A program made the position numbers and the translations under genes. Below the pieces are notes generated by a model, which worked only from the letters and a program-made list of their open reading frames with translations, ran no database searches and was not told the origin of the DNA. 64,000 nt of DNA, from contig OY970303.1 in the NCBI GenBank assembly GCA_963716255.1, forward strand, positions 4,384,001-4,448,000, read 5' to 3'. Shown one piece after another: positions 22,557 to 31,963 of the stretch. How positions within the stretch are numbered: position 1 is the stretch's first letter; each line of letters opens with the position of its first letter. Source of the DNA: an uncultured Gemmatimonadales bacterium. Lineage in GTDB: Bacteria > Gemmatimonadota > Gemmatimonadetes > Longimicrobiales > Longimicrobiaceae.

Positions 22557-22819
22557 GCGGGGACGGAGAGCTGTTCCACGTGATCTACCTTCGCTCCGAC
22601 GCGCTCCTGGTCAGCCGGAAGCCGTACGCGGACTGGCGCGAGATCCAGGACGAGTTCGATGAGGACTTCATGACCTCGCTGGGCCCGTGGACGGCGGAGG
22701 AGGTGGTGGGCTTCCTGCACGACCAGTACGGGAAGGACGAGAGCCGGTGGCCGTTCCCGGCGGCCGAGGTGGAGGCGTTCGCCGCGTCGGACCGGGTGGT
22801 GATGAGCACCGATCCCTGA
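22553..22819 (+). CDS. Small acidic hypothetical protein
   Basis: ATGA overlap with the upstream stop; typical high-GC3 codon usage. Confidence 0.65.
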   Translation: MSGDGELFHVIYLRSDALLVSRKPYADWREIQDEFDEDFMTSLGPWTAEEVVGFLHDQYGKDESRWPFPAAEVEAFAASDRVVMSTDP

Positions 22820-22904
22820 GCGCACGCCGGGCCCGGATGATGAAGGCGCCGGTCCCCCCGCTGTGGACCGGCGCCGAGTGTTTGTACCCGCCGCGCCGCC
22901 GAGG

Positions 22905-23070
22905 TACGCGGGAGACCCGCGTGAGGGATTTCGGCCCGAAGGGGCGAGACCGCGCGGCTGTTTGCGCGGGCTCGACTCCGTTAAGCACGGTTGTATCGTG
23001 CTTTACGGAGCCGAAGCCCGACCCCGGCGCCAGCCGGGGGCACGCCCGAACCCGCAGTTCAAAGCCGTTC
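22905..23070 (-). repeat. Structured repeat family A, copy 3
   Basis: Reverse-complement match to copy 1, lying between convergent genes. Confidence 0.9.
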
Positions 23071-23072
23071 GC

Positions 23073-23255
23073 CTACCTGCTCTCGCCACCGCTCTCGTCC
23101 TCGCGCGGCATGGGCACGTCGCCGACCTCGCCGGCATCCGTGCGGAAGCTCCGGCGCACGCCGACGATGAAGAGGAAGAGCCCGGCCGCCCCCAGCAGCA
23201 TCTTCCCCTTGGACATTCCCCCGGACTTCCCCTGGTTGTGAAGCTTTGCTTTCAT
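23073..23255 (-). CDS. Small membrane-anchored hypothetical protein
   Basis: 60 aa with one hydrophobic stretch (LLGAAGLFLFIVGV), directly downstream of the ligase. Confidence 0.55.
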   Translation of the reverse strand: MKAKLHNQGKSGGMSKGKMLLGAAGLFLFIVGVRRSFRTDAGEVGDVPMPREDESGGESR

Positions 23256-23277
23256 CTCGGTGTCCCGGTGTGCTCGC

Positions 23278-25140
<1,863 letters not shown>

Positions 25141-25587
25141 CGGTGCTCCTGTCAGCGGGGGAAGCCGGGGATGCGGTGCTGCGCGGGAAAATCCGGGCCA
25201 ATATAACCCGGCCACGGGTGAAGACAAGCAACGGCGCCACGCACGGGGGGCGGCGGCGGACGGGTTGACGCTCTATGTTTGATTCGTTATTCTTGTTACG
25301 CAAGGCACATAAATAACGACTTCTTCCGCGGTGCTGGGTCTGCCCGCGGTGAGGTCGCACCCTCCAGCAGCTCCACCCGCCGGGCATTTCCGGCACACGG
25401 ACCGGTCTCGCGACCGGCCCGGGCGGGAGGGCACCTCATGGCGGCCACGCGGGCACGGCCCGCCGACGCGCCGCGTCCTCGCGAAAGCGAGCTCCTCCCC
25501 CATCCGTTTTCACAGCAGGACGCCGGGCACCCCGCGCCGCGCTCGCGGCGGCGGCGGCTGCCGTCACCCCCTGTCAGGGAGGAAATC

Positions 25588-26538
25588 ATGGTACGTGTCA
25601 CGCTCGACATCTTTTCCGGCCGCCCCAACCCCTCGTGGGTCCTGAACGAGCGCGAGGCCCGCGAGGTGCTTCGCCAGGTGGCCGCCAGCCGCGAGGTCGC
25701 CACTCCGGCCGACCAGGACCGCGGCGTCCTGGGCTTCCGCGGGCTGATCATCGAGTCCGACGAGGGGTCCGTGGGCGCCGGGCACGACCTGCCGGCGAGC
25801 TTCCGCATCGCGAGCGGGCAGAGCGGCAACGAGGGCAAGGGGCTGGAGCTGGCGGAGCGGCTGATCTCCACGATGGGCCGCCCGTTCCCGGCCAGCGGCG
25901 CCCCCGCGCACGAGGGCGCCTTCGCCGACCTGGACCTGCGCACCCTCGCCCTGGGCCAGCTGCAGTCCGCTCCGTCGTCGTCGCTCGGCGACGTCGCCAC
26001 CCTGTCCGAACCGGGCGAGGTCACCGCGCTGGCGGGGGCGACGGTGCTCGGCACGGACGCGAGCAGCTGGACCACGCTCACGGTGGGGTCGTGCAGCTAC
26101 GAGGCCTCCGCGTTCAACCCCAACTTCTGGAACGCGAAGCGCACGACCATGCGCAACAACAACTGCTACAACTACGCCACCAACCGGCGCACCGACACCT
26201 TCGCCCAGCCGGGCAGGGCCACCGGGGCGCAGGCCACGACCATGGCGTGCAGCAACGTCACCGCCGGCGCCGTGAGCAACGGGGCGGTGCAGGCCCCCAC
26301 CTGCGTGGGCAGCGGGTCGCCGCGCCACTACATGGCGCTGGTGATCTGGCCCAACACCGACTACCACTGGTACCGCCACCACAGCGACGGCTTCTGGGGC
26401 CACAAGCCCGGCCAGACGGCCGCGCGCAACTACGACAACAGCAACAACGTCATCTACGACCCGCAGACCGCCAACCGCGGCGGCTACACGAGCTTCTGCG
26501 GGTACTTCTTCGGGCCTTCGGGCATGCAGATCCTGTAG
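25588..26538 (+). CDS. Hypothetical protein with a Cys/His-containing, possibly papain-like C-terminal domain
   Basis: ATG after GGAGG; N-terminal DIFSGRPNPSW; C-terminal NNCYNYA...DYHWYR...WGHKPG. Confidence 0.7.
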   Translation: MVRVTLDIFSGRPNPSWVLNEREAREVLRQVAASREVATPADQDRGVLGFRGLIIESDEGSVGAGHDLPASFRIASGQSGNEGKGLELAERLISTMGRPFPASGAPAHEGAFADLDLRTLALGQLQSAPSSSLGDVATLSEPGEVTALAGATVLGTDASSWTTLTVGSCSYEASAFNPNFWNAKRTTMRNNNCYNYATNRRTDTFAQPGRATGAQATTMACSNVTAGAVSNGAVQAPTCVGSGSPRHYMALVIWPNTDYHWYRHHSDGFWGHKPGQTAARNYDNSNNVIYDPQTANRGGYTSFCGYFFGPSGMQIL

Positions 26539-26573
26539 GCGGTTCGTTCGGTACCGGGGCGGCTTTTTCGTTG

Positions 26574-26782
26574 GGGCCGCTCCGGAGCCGGGCGAAACTG
26601 CCGCCCGTCTCCTGCGCGGGTCGCGGAGCCCCGCCAAACTGCCGGCGGGTCTCCGCTCCGGCTGCGGGAACCTCGCGCAAACGGCCGCGCGAGTTTCCCT
26701 CCGCAGAAGATTTTGGGGATACAGCGGGAACGGCGAACGACGAACGGCGCCCCCACCGGGAGATCCCGGTGGGGGCGCCGTT
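26574..26782 (+). repeat. Dispersed structured repeat family B, copy 1 (ends in a terminator-like hairpin)
   Basis: GGGCCGCTCC plus tandem GGAGCC-stem-AAACTGC-stem-GTCTCC modules; related copies at 55.1 and 61.5 kb. Confidence 0.8.
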
Positions 26783-26847
26783 GCAGTTGCAGGCTGTGAC
26801 GCTTCACGCTGCGCGTGAACCGGTGAACCCTGTTCCCTGGCCGTTCC

Positions 26848-27264
26848 TCAGCAGAACCGGTCGAACGCGTTCACCAGGTCCTGGGCGATCTCCTGGGCGG
26901 AGCGGCCCTCGATGTCGTGGCGCTCCAGCATGAAGGCCACGTCGCCGTCCTTGAGCAGGGCGATGGAGGGCGAGGAGGGGGCGTAGCCCAGGAAGTGGCG
27001 GCGCGCCTCGGCGGTGGCGTCGGTGTCCTGGCCGGCGAACACGGTGGTCACCCGCTCGGGGAGCTTGCCGTGCTGCAGCGCCATGGCCACGGCGGGGCGG
27101 GCGTTGCGGGCGGCGCAGCCGCAGACGGAGTTCACCACCACCATGGTGGTCCCTTCCTTCTGCTCCAGCGTCTCGCGGACGTCGTCGGCGGACCTGAGCT
27201 CCTTGACGCCAAGGCGCGTAAGCTCCTGCCGCATGGGGGCGAGCAGCATCTCGGGGTACGGCAT
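26848..27264 (-). CDS. BrxA/BrxB family bacilliredoxin
   Basis: VVNSVCGCAA...ARP, TVFAGQD, PSSPS and ERHDIEGR signature. Confidence 0.92.
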   Translation of the reverse strand: MPYPEMLLAPMRQELTRLGVKELRSADDVRETLEQKEGTTMVVVNSVCGCAARNARPAVAMALQHGKLPERVTTVFAGQDTDATAEARRHFLGYAPSSPSIALLKDGDVAFMLERHDIEGRSAQEIAQDLVNAFDRFC

Positions 27265-27328
27265 CTATCGGTCTCCTTCGCAGCTTGGTGAAAACTCGCG
27301 GAGCCCGGGGCGGGGCTCCGGACGTTGA

Positions 27329-27913
27329 TTACACGCCTGTCCGGCGTGGGTTCGGCACCCAGGGCACGTCGGGCACGCCGGCGCGCCGGTTCGCCAGGCG
27401 CGCCAGGGTGAAGAGCAGGTCCGAAAGGCGGTTGAGGTACACCATCACCTCCTCCTCGATGTGCGCCTCGTGTGCCAGCGACACGCAGCGCCGCTCCGCG
27501 CGGCGGCACACGGTACGCGCCAGGTGGAGCTGCGCGGCGGCCTCGCCGCCGCCGGGGAGGACGAAGTTACGCAGCGGCTCCAGCTCCTCGTCGGCGGCGT
27601 CCATCCAGCGCTCCATCTCCTCCACGCGCCCGTCCGGGAGCGGGGGGAGGTGCGCGTTCTCGCGGCCGCCGTCCTCCGGGCGCGGCGTCGCCAGGTGCGC
27701 GCCGATGGCGAACAGGTCGCCCTGGATCTCCCGGATCCCGCCCGCCATCTCCGCCTGTCCCTCGGCAGCCAGGCGGTTGGCGATCACTCCCAGCAGCGAG
27801 TTCAGCTCGTCCACGTCGCCGTACGCCTCCACCCGCGCGTGGTCCTTGCGCACCCGCTGCCCGCCGAACAGCCCGGTCTCCCCGCGGTCGCCCGTCCTGG
27901 TGTAGATCTTCAT
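27329..27913 (-). CDS. pduO: ATP:cob(I)alamin adenosyltransferase (PduO type)
   Basis: MKIYTRTGDRGET, AYGDVDELNS, RTVCRRAER and YLNRLSDLLF. Confidence 0.93.
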   Translation of the reverse strand: MKIYTRTGDRGETGLFGGQRVRKDHARVEAYGDVDELNSLLGVIANRLAAEGQAEMAGGIREIQGDLFAIGAHLATPRPEDGGRENAHLPPLPDGRVEEMERWMDAADEELEPLRNFVLPGGGEAAAQLHLARTVCRRAERRCVSLAHEAHIEEEVMVYLNRLSDLLFTLARLANRRAGVPDVPWVPNPRRTGV

Positions 27914-27946
27914 CGTCCCTCGGCCTTTGGCCGGAGCGTGTGGATG

Positions 27947-28651
27947 TCAGCCTTCCTGGAGCGCGAGCGCCACCACCCGCCCCAGCGACCACTCCGTCCA
28001 GAGCAGCCGGCGCAGCACCTTGCGGGGCGTCCACTCCTCCCCGTCGATCTCCAGCAGCAGCCCGCGCCGCTCCGGCGGCAGGTGGGAAAAGTGGTCCACC
28101 GTCAGCGCCATGGCGGTGTCCAGCCGCCCCAGCGTGCGGTCCGGGAGCTCGCCCAGCGGCGAGGCCCCCAGCCGGCTCAGCGTCCACCACTGCGCCCGCG
28201 CCAGCTCTTCCAGCGCGCGGCGCACCGTCCCGCCGCCGGGGAGTGGCCGGTCCGCCTGCTCGGCGGGGAGGCGGCGGACGCGGGCCAGCAGCGCTCCCCG
28301 CAGCTCGCCCAGCCAGCGCATCTCCCGGTCCAGGTCGGCGTCGTCCAGCGGGCGCAGGTCGTGCGCGAAGCAGGCCGTGGTCTCGCCGGCGCCGGTGCGC
28401 GCTCCCGTGCGCAGCCACTCGTCCACCGCGATCTCCAGCTCCGCCTCCGCCGGGGGCACCGGCTCGCCCGCGGCTGCCAGGAAGCGCAGCCACTCCAGCA
28501 CCTCGTCCTCCAGCGCCCCGGCGGCGGCCTCGGCGGTGGGGCCGCGGGCCACGCACCCCGGCAGGGAGAGCGCGTGCGCCAGGAAGGCGCCGTCGACCCC
28601 CTCCTCCAGCCCCACCGCGATCCGGAACGCCCCGCTCACACGATCGCTCAT
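27947..28651 (-). CDS. HicB-like N-terminal domain fused to a DinB-like helical domain
   Basis: LPGCVARGPT.E.A HicB-like motif; C-terminal EEWTPRKVLRR. Confidence 0.65.
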   Translation of the reverse strand: MSDRVSGAFRIAVGLEEGVDGAFLAHALSLPGCVARGPTAEAAAGALEDEVLEWLRFLAAAGEPVPPAEAELEIAVDEWLRTGARTGAGETTACFAHDLRPLDDADLDREMRWLGELRGALLARVRRLPAEQADRPLPGGGTVRRALEELARAQWWTLSRLGASPLGELPDRTLGRLDTAMALTVDHFSHLPPERRGLLLEIDGEEWTPRKVLRRLLWTEWSLGRVVALALQEG

Positions 28652-29589
28652 TCGCCGTCCCCCGGCGCGCGCACGGCGGGCTCCGTCAGCTCCAGCGTTC
28701 CCGCGCCGGCGTCCAGCCGCGCGCGGACGCCCAGCGGGAGCGTCCAGCTCTCGTCGACGTGCCCGAAGGGGAAGCCGGCGGCCATGGGCACCCCCAGCGG
28801 CCCCAGCCGCTCCGCGACCACCTCGGCTGCGGAGGGGTACTCCGGCTTCCCCTCGTCCGGCGACTCGGAGAAGGCGCCCACCGCGACCCCCGCCACCCCC
28901 TCCAGCGCGCCCGACAGGAGCAGCTGCGAGAGAAGCCGGTCCACCCGGTACGACGGCTCGCCCACGTCCTCCACGAACAGGATCGCCCCCCGGGCGCGCA
29001 GCGCCCACGGCGTCCCGGCGAGCGCGGCCAGCAGCGCCAGGTTGCCGCCCACGAGCGGACCCTCCGCCACGCCGGGCGCCAGCGTATCCCCCCGCCGCGG
29101 CCCGCCGGCGGGGAAGGGGAGCGTTCCGGCTGGCTCGGCGTGGGTCAGCACGCGCAGCAGCCCATCCCGCGAGAACTCCGCCAGCTCGGGCGTGGCCGGG
29201 TGGGGGCCGTGGAAGGAGACGACGCCGCGGCGGAAGAGCGCCAGGTGCAGCGCGGTGTTGTCGCTGAAGCCCACCAGCGGGCGGGGGCGCTCCGCCAGCG
29301 GCTCCCAGTCGATGCGGTCCAGGATGCGCATGGTCCCGTAGCCGCCGCGCAGGCACCACACCGCGTCGTTGTCGGGAGAGCGCAGCGCGGCCTGGAGGTC
29401 CGCGGCGCGCTCGTCGTCGGTGCCCGACAGGAAGCCACAGCGCCCCCGGCAGAAGTCGCCGAGGACCGGTTCCCACCCCCACGCGCGCACCCGCTCCGCG
29501 GCGCGGTCCACCGCGCCCTCCGCGAGCGGCCCCGCGGGCGCCACCAGGGCGACGCGCGACCCGGGGCGGAGCGCCGGTGGGCGGATCAC
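28648..29589 (-). CDS. LD-carboxypeptidase (peptidase S66)
   Basis: LRGGYG, GFSDNT, GGNL, FVEDVGE and FPFGH catalytic motifs. Confidence 0.92.
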   Translation of the reverse strand: MIRPPALRPGSRVALVAPAGPLAEGAVDRAAERVRAWGWEPVLGDFCRGRCGFLSGTDDERAADLQAALRSPDNDAVWCLRGGYGTMRILDRIDWEPLAERPRPLVGFSDNTALHLALFRRGVVSFHGPHPATPELAEFSRDGLLRVLTHAEPAGTLPFPAGGPRRGDTLAPGVAEGPLVGGNLALLAALAGTPWALRARGAILFVEDVGEPSYRVDRLLSQLLLSGALEGVAGVAVGAFSESPDEGKPEYPSAAEVVAERLGPLGVPMAAGFPFGHVDESWTLPLGVRARLDAGAGTLELTEPAVRAPGDGE

Positions 29590-30797
29590 GCCTCGCCCCC
29601 CGCGCGCCCGGCCACCAGCGTGAGCAGCGCGAGCAGCGCCAGCCCGGCGCCGGCCAGGTACGGCGCGCCGATCCCCACCCGCGCGAACGCGACCCCGCCC
29701 GCCACCGGCCCCAGCACCCGCCCCAGCGCGGAAAGCGACTGCGACACGCCCAGCAGCCGCCCCTGCTCGCCGCCCGGCGCCGCGCGCGAGACCAGCGCGG
29801 AAAGCGCGGGCGTCAGCGTCCCCTGCCCGAAGGCGAAGGCGGCCAGCGCCAGCGCCAGGGTCCACGGCGAGGAGGCGAGCGGGATGGCGGCGAGCCCCGC
29901 CGCCAGCGACACGGCTCCGGCGCGGGCGAGCGTGCGCTCGCCCAGGCGCCGCGCCAGCCGCCCCACCAGCCCTCCCTGTACCAGCACCGCCACGGCGCCC
30001 ACGTACGCGAACAGGTACGCCACCTCGGCCGGCGCCAGCCCCCAGCGGCGGTCGGCCCACAGCGAGAGGGTGGCCTCCATGGCGGCGATGGCGAGCGTCG
30101 CCAGGAGCGACGCGGCGTACAGCGGCCGCAGACGCGGGTCTGCCGCGGCGGCGGCGAGCGCCCGCAGGCGCGCGCGCGGCCCGGAGCCCGCGGGGCGCGC
30201 GGTGCGGCGCCCGGCGGGGAGCGATTCCGGGAGGCGCCACAGCGCCAGCATTCCGTTTGCCCCCGCCACCGCGGCGGCGCCCAGGAAGGGCGCGGCGTGT
30301 CCCCAGTGGGCGAGCGCCCCGCCGATGGCCGGCCCCAGGATGAACCCCAGCCCGAAGGCGGCGCCGATCAGCCCCATCCCCCGGGCGCGCTCCTCGGGGG
30401 CGGTGACGTCGGCGATGTACGCCTGCGCCACGCCCACGTTGGCGCCCATCACCCCGGCGAGCGTGCGTCCCACGAACAGCATGGCGAGCGAGCCCGCCAG
30501 CCCGAAGAGGAGGTACGAGGCGGCGGAGCCGAAGAGCCCCACCAGCAGCACCGGGCGCCGCCCCACGCGGTCGGAGAGGGAGCCCCACCACGGCGCGAAA
30601 AGCAGCTGCATGAGCGAGTACACGGCCACCAGCCAGGTCACGCCCACCGGCCCGGCCCCGAAGCGCTCGGCGTACAGCGGGAGCAGGGGGATGACGATGC
30701 CGAACCCCACCAGGTCCAGGAAGACGGTGACGAATACGATGGCCAGGGGGGACCGCCTGGCGGCGCCCCGCGCGGGTGCGCGGGGCGCCGCGGGCAT
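29586..30797 (-). CDS. MFS transporter (TetA/DHA1-like)
   Basis: GSLSDRVGRRPVLL motif A; GFILGPAIGG motif C; about 12 hydrophobic segments. Confidence 0.92.
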   Translation of the reverse strand: MPAAPRAPARGAARRSPLAIVFVTVFLDLVGFGIVIPLLPLYAERFGAGPVGVTWLVAVYSLMQLLFAPWWGSLSDRVGRRPVLLVGLFGSAASYLLFGLAGSLAMLFVGRTLAGVMGANVGVAQAYIADVTAPEERARGMGLIGAAFGLGFILGPAIGGALAHWGHAAPFLGAAAVAGANGMLALWRLPESLPAGRRTARPAGSGPRARLRALAAAAADPRLRPLYAASLLATLAIAAMEATLSLWADRRWGLAPAEVAYLFAYVGAVAVLVQGGLVGRLARRLGERTLARAGAVSLAAGLAAIPLASSPWTLALALAAFAFGQGTLTPALSALVSRAAPGGEQGRLLGVSQSLSALGRVLGPVAGGVAFARVGIGAPYLAGAGLALLALLTLVAGRAGGEA

Positions 30798-30957
30798 CGT
30801 CAGTGTGTCGCTCGTGCTGCTCAAGGACCGCGCCTTCCCTTTGTCTCCACGCTGTTTCCGGGTGCCTGGGGCGTGAAAGATAGACGCGCCGCGGTGCCGT
30901 GACAACGTGGGGCCGCCGGCCGCAGAGGGGTTGCGCCCGCTGCGGAAATGCCGCGTC

Positions 30958-30973
30958 TGGCATATGTTGTGCT
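30958..30973 (+). promoter_or_regulatory. Putative sigma-54 promoter
   Basis: TGGCATATGTTGTGCT (GG-N10-GC), ending about 57 nt upstream of ATG 31031. Confidence 0.55.
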
Positions 30974-31030
30974 CTTCCGCGCTCGATTGCGCGGCGCCGC
31001 CCGCGGATTCCCACCACGACCGAGGTCGCG

Positions 31031-31525
31031 ATGACTGCATCCCAGTTGGCAGACGCGCAGCACGAGCGCGCCAACCTCATGTACTGGAACAGCTCCGAGA
31101 CGGTGGACCGCATCGCCGAGCAGCTCGGGATGAGCCGCAACGCCCTGTACCAGTCGGTGCGTCCGGCGCCCGCGGGCGTGGAGTGCCCGGAGTGCGGCGA
31201 GGAGCTGGTGTACCCCAACCGCACCAGCCGTCTCGCGGGCCGCGCCCTCTGCCTGTCCACCGGAAGCACCTACGCGGTGGCGGACCTGCCGCCCGTGGGA
31301 TCGCGGCCGGCGCGGCGGGGCGGAACGCCGCGCCGGGCCGAGGCGGCGGCCGGGTACGAGGGGCGCGACGGGGGCTACGTGGAGGCCGGGCGCGCGGCGC
31401 TGGGCGGGCTGCGCGACGGGCTGGCGGCGGTGGAGCCGGTGCGGGCGGCGCTGATCGGCGGGGCGGCGGTGATGGGGGCGGTGGCGGGCGTCGCGGCGGT
31501 GAGCCTGCTGCGCCGGTACCGCTGA
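31031..31525 (+). CDS. Hypothetical protein: HTH-like segment, Zn-ribbon-like CPEC and C-terminal membrane anchor
   Basis: IAEQLGMSRNALY; CPECG; hydrophobic C-terminus followed by RRYR. Confidence 0.7.
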   Translation: MTASQLADAQHERANLMYWNSSETVDRIAEQLGMSRNALYQSVRPAPAGVECPECGEELVYPNRTSRLAGRALCLSTGSTYAVADLPPVGSRPARRGGTPRRAEAAAGYEGRDGGYVEAGRAALGGLRDGLAAVEPVRAALIGGAAVMGAVAGVAAVSLLRRYR

Positions 31526-31568
31526 GTCGGAGGGGGAGGGCAGGGGACCCGCACGCACGGAGACCACG

Positions 31569-31883
31569 GTGGAGAACGCCAGGATCGAGTCGCTGAGGAA
31601 GCTGTCCGAGGAGCGGCCGGACGACCCGCGCCCCCGCTTCGGGCTGGCGCTGGAGTACGAGCGGGCGGGGCGGTGGGAGGAGATGATCGCGGAGCTGCGG
31701 GCGTACCTGGCGCGCACCGACGACGAGGGGAACGCCTACGGGCGCCTGGGGCACGCGCTGCGGGAGCTGGGGCGGGACGAGGAGGCGCGCGAGGCGTACC
31801 GGCAGGGGATCGCGGCGGCCAACCGGCACAGCCACCCCACCATGGCGATGGAGTTCGAGGAGGTGCTGGAGGACATGGGGTGA
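31569..31883 (+). CDS. Small TPR protein
   Basis: PDDP..RFGLALEY and AYGRLGHALRELGR.EEAREAY.QGI. Confidence 0.85.
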   Translation: MENARIESLRKLSEERPDDPRPRFGLALEYERAGRWEEMIAELRAYLARTDDEGNAYGRLGHALRELGRDEEAREAYRQGIAAANRHSHPTMAMEFEEVLEDMG

Positions 31884-31963
31884 GGGTTGCCTGCTTGTAG
31901 TCGGATGGCTCGGGTCCAGCGGTGCGGCTGCGAGTCTACTACCGGGACACCCTTTGGCGCCCG

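Noticed and set aside
27947..28651. HicAB toxin-antitoxin system
   Set aside because: The HicB-like fold is fused to a DinB-like domain inside a housekeeping operon, with no hicA adjacent.
29586..30797. Bona fide tetracycline resistance gene tetA
   Set aside because: Generic DHA1 MFS motifs only, with no tetR and no mobile context.
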